Origin: an uncultured archaeon
GTDB taxonomy: Archaea; Iainarchaeota; Iainarchaeia; Iainarchaeales; DTGL01
DNA: 33,147 nt
Direction: 5' to 3'
Assembly (NCBI GenBank): GCA_964525235.1
Contig: CAZGDN010000006.1
Location: 1-33,147, forward strand
Position 1 is the first letter of the stretch, and the number at the start of each line of letters is the position of its first letter. The notes under the pieces are model-generated. The model was not told the origin of the DNA and searched no databases. It saw nothing but the letters and a program-made list of their open reading frames with translations. This document shows positions 30,453 through 33,147 of the stretch, piece by piece. The position numbers were made by a program, and so were the translations under genes.

Positions 30453-33147
30453 TTACCTGTAGAGTTTCCCAAGCACTCTTTCAATCACGCGCTCTGAGTA
30501 TTTCTCTTCAGCCATTGCTCTTGCAATTTCCGCTCTTGAGAACTCGCCGCGCCTTCCCGCAAGCCTTATCACAAGCGAGGCGGCCTGCAGGAACTCAGGC
30601 CACTTCTTTGCATCACTTGGAAAAAAAACCTTGAAGAAACCAGTGTAAACCCAGTACTTCTTTTTTAGAAGGGTGTTTATTAAGACAAGGGCCTCATCAA
30701 GCTTCTTGGCATTCTTGCGAAACTCTTTCTCGCCAATGTGCCTCTTGTAGTACTCATACTTGTACTTTTTTTTCAGCCCAATGAGGGCTTTCTTCTGGTT
30801 AACCAGCAGCTTCTTCTCAAGGGCAAGGTTTTTTGAAAGCCTTGACACAAACAGAGCCAGGAGCAAGAAGGCCAGGGCAACACCCACAACAACAGCGATA
30901 TTTTCAAACAAGTGCTCTTTTTCAACAGATGTAAGAATACTGGCATTGCCAACATAACCGCTTCCCAGCGTCAGCTTTAATGAATGCGAGCCAGGGGGGA
31001 TACTCCTCACAAGCCTTGAATGGTATAAGCCTCTGGCAGCATCAAACGAGAGAACAACTCTCTCTGTCCTCCCATCAACTGAAATAACCGCTTCAATTTT
31101 CTTTGCAGTAAAAGGCTTTCCATTTGGTTGCAATAGCTTGATGTAAATGTCCGAAATGCTGTTGCCAAAAATGCTTGTCTTCTCGGCTGAGGGGAAAACA
31201 AAAACCGGCTCAAGCCTGCTAGAGAGACGCAATTGAAGGAACTTAACGCTTTCAACCAGCTTGTCCCCAGAGAGAGCACTGGCATAGAGTTTTAATGTAA
31301 GCTCGTCCTCGGAAAAAGAAGAATCAGGCAAGTCAAAAGAAACCGAGTACTCCTTTTTTATCGGGTCATAACCCAACTCGCTTTCAAAGCCAGTATCCGG
31401 GCAATCAAGATAGGCCTTCCTGTCCCTGACAAGCGGGTCATTTGAAAAAAGCTTTACCCGGATAACAGCCCTGCTGGAAAAAACATACACTCTTTTGTTC
31501 TCCTCTGGCTCAAGCACTGCAATGGTGAGCTCTGGGTTGTCTGTTTCAAGCGGCACGCTTTGGAACTCTGCAATTATGTTGCCCCTGGAGTCCCTGCCGG
31601 AAAGCTTTAGTGCGAGACCGCTTTCAAGGTCTTTCTCTTCAACCTTGTGGTTGAAGCGCAGGATATAGTCATAGTCAGAGCGCTCAATTTTGACCGCTTG
31701 CTCGCCCTGAGTTGAAACAAGCGATGCATTGACTTCGGCTGGCGTGACAACAAAAAGGCCCTCCAGCAAAAACCTCACTCTTGCACTTTTAAGGTCGTCA
31801 TTCAAATAATAGCGCTTGCCTGCAAAAGCATTGGTCACCTTTACCTTTAATGGCGCAAAGTAGACAGGCACTCTTGTCCTGACAAAGTGTTTTTTGCCGT
31901 TTTGCTCGTGCCTTGCAGAAATCGCAAGCAGTTGCATGTCGTTAGCCCCAGGCCCCACATAAATGCTTCCAGAAAAAGAGTTTCCAGAAAAGCAGTTCAT
32001 TTCAACGAGCCTGTTTCCCATCAGGACCCGAATGTTTACATCGCAGCAGGGGATAACCGCGTTGTTCTCGTCAACAAAGCCAATCAAAACGTTTAGGTCG
32101 TTATCTTTTGGCACGGTTTCAAATGGTTTTGGTTTTAACACCAGGGCCTTAAAGGCCGCCTTGAGGACCTTAACCTTTACACTTCCGCTCGCAGTCCTGC
32201 CCTTCTCGTCCCTGACCCTGACTTTTACATTGAAATCCTTTTCTCTTTCAGTAAGCCCATAATAAGCGTGAAAAAAGAGATAACCGGCATTCTCAGCCTT
32301 TGTTCCATCCCCAAAGTCCCAGTCGAACTCAAGTTTTGACGGGTCAGCTGCAGTGGTTACAGCAGTAAAACTGAAAGAATACCCCTCGTACTGAACCTTG
32401 CCAACTGGGTCAACACTGACAAACAAAACCTTCAAGCCAGAGTCTTCCTTGAACGCCCTTGTGGTAAAAGAGAAAACCTTGCTCTCCACAACCTGGACTC
32501 CGGCCCTTGCCTTGATCCTGTAATAATATGCTTTGCCTGGCCTGAGGCCATCAAGGAAAACAGAGTGGTTAACTGCAGAGTTTGAAACTTTTTTAAGCGA
32601 GCCAAGTGCTGGTGTAACACCAGCCTCAAGAACTGACTCCGCTTTCACACTAGTGGTCCAGCTGATGATTGCATGGTTAGCATAGGGAAATGCAGTGACG
32701 TTTTCCACTTCAAGCTTTTGCTTTTCTTGCTCTGGAACGCACTCGTGCCAGTACTCGTTGCACTGAAATCCTTTCCTGCACTCGCCACAGGAGAGCCTGC
32801 CGCCACAGCCATCACTCTCAAAACCACACTCGCTCTTTTCACTACACTTTGCTTTTGGAACACACTTGCAATGACCCCCAATGCACTGCAAGCCAGCCGG
32901 GCACGAATCACAGTTTATTGTTCCATTGCACCCGTTGTCCAAATTCAAACCACACTGCTTGCGCGCATAGTAATAAGAGCAACGCAACGGCGTGCAGGGC
33001 TTTTCAATGCACTTGCCATCCACGCACTTATAATCACACATCTTTTTGTCCACTTCATTGCCCAAGTCATTAGTCTGGACAGCCCATTTTCCCTCACAGT
33101 GCCAGCCAGCATGTGAAAACTGACTTTGATTGCCAGAATCAGTATTG
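30453..33147 (-). CDS. Very large membrane-anchored surface protein (Cys-rich modules, FN3-like, PKD and Ig-like repeats), 5'-partial at window edge
   Basis: The reading frame stays open upstream of the track TTG start at 33065 all the way to the window end (..SHAGWHCEGKWAVQTNDLGNEV..). It has two Cys-rich modules (CG...DxGCxG...C..C..G.QC.....C.CVP), an FN3-like segment (ISWTTS..YYYRIKA) and a PKD motif (FDWDFGDGT). A long beta-rich region, a TM helix (IAVVVGVALAFLLLALFV) and a roughly 140-aa basic cytoplasmic tail follow. Confidence 0.8.
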   Translation of the reverse strand, partial: NTDSGNQSQFSHAGWHCEGKWAVQTNDLGNEVDKKMCDYKCVDGKCIEKPCTPLRCSYYYARKQCGLNLDNGCNGTINCDSCPAGLQCIGGHCKCVPKAKCSEKSECGFESDGCGGRLSCGECRKGFQCNEYWHECVPEQEKQKLEVENVTAFPYANHAIISWTTSVKAESVLEAGVTPALGSLKKVSNSAVNHSVFLDGLRPGKAYYYRIKARAGVQVVESKVFSFTTRAFKEDSGLKVLFVSVDPVGKVQYEGYSFSFTAVTTAADPSKLEFDWDFGDGTKAENAGYLFFHAYYGLTEREKDFNVKVRVRDEKGRTASGSVKVKVLKAAFKALVLKPKPFETVPKDNDLNVLIGFVDENNAVIPCCDVNIRVLMGNRLVEMNCFSGNSFSGSIYVGPGANDMQLLAISARHEQNGKKHFVRTRVPVYFAPLKVKVTNAFAGKRYYLNDDLKSARVRFLLEGLFVVTPAEVNASLVSTQGEQAVKIERSDYDYILRFNHKVEEKDLESGLALKLSGRDSRGNIIAEFQSVPLETDNPELTIAVLEPEENKRVYVFSSRAVIRVKLFSNDPLVRDRKAYLDCPDTGFESELGYDPIKKEYSVSFDLPDSSFSEDELTLKLYASALSGDKLVESVKFLQLRLSSRLEPVFVFPSAEKTSIFGNSISDIYIKLLQPNGKPFTAKKIEAVISVDGRTERVVLSFDAARGLYHSRLVRSIPPGSHSLKLTLGSGYVGNASILTSVEKEHLFENIAVVVGVALAFLLLALFVSRLSKNLALEKKLLVNQKKALIGLKKKYKYEYYKRHIGEKEFRKNAKKLDEALVLINTLLKKKYWVYTGFFKVFFPSDAKKWPEFLQAASLVIRLAGRRGEFSRAEIARAMAEEKYSERVIERVLGKLYR

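Noticed and set aside
33063-33065. TTG 33065 as the start of the large surface protein
   Set aside because: The frame has no stop between 33065 and the window end. The upstream residues (..HAGWHCEGKW..) continue the Cys/Trp-rich pattern, so the gene is treated as 5'-partial.

Overview
The window is a compact, roughly 88 percent coding archaeal chromosomal segment. The archaeal call rests on ribosomal proteins eL40 and eL41, MBF1, FEN1, class I LysRS, the wyosine enzyme Taw1, a DGGGP-synthase-like UbiA, TTTATAAA-type TATA boxes and GGTG Shine-Dalgarno motifs. The small genes and A-rich spacers are compatible with a DPANN-like or other small-genome archaeon, but that is inference only. I support about 38 CDS, of which three are below the 60-aa ORF-track cutoff, plus 2 tRNAs (Asn-GUU and Glu-UUC). 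I see no rRNA, CRISPR array, transposase or integrase. Main blocks, in order: (1) alaX, an OTC-like transcarbamylase and taw1; (2) [NiFe]-hydrogenase maturation genes hypC-hypD-hypE with convergent hypF, without hydrogenase structural genes or hypA/hypB; (3) a CaCA antiporter; (4) a tightly coupled MoxR / DUF58 / VWA (BatA-like) operon ending in a large Q/N-rich membrane-anchored protein; (5) a housekeeping block of ftsZ, S2P protease, mbf1, fen1, lysK, pcm, the DGGGPS-like gene and rpl40e; (6) nikR divergent from a CbiM/NikM-type ECF metal transporter, with palindromic operator candidates; (7) a MarC-family gene and a winged-helix-like gene; (8) a small ORF plus rpl41e; (9) a second, divergent UbiA prenyltransferase next to a very large Cys-rich/FN3/PKD surface protein that runs off the window edge. 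Noncoding observations include three short tandem duplications (66 to 77 bp period), two of which copy gene termini. There is also a 0.6-kb gene-free region with duplicated strong-promoter-like boxes and hairpins (candidate ncRNA locus), a 0.54-kb region of phased A-tracts upstream of ftsZ, and frequent TTG/GTG starts. Nothing here is demonstrably a new system from sequence alone. The best candidates for follow-up are the MoxR-DUF58-VWA-Q/N-rich protein operon, the surface protein and UbiA pair, and the candidate ncRNA locus.
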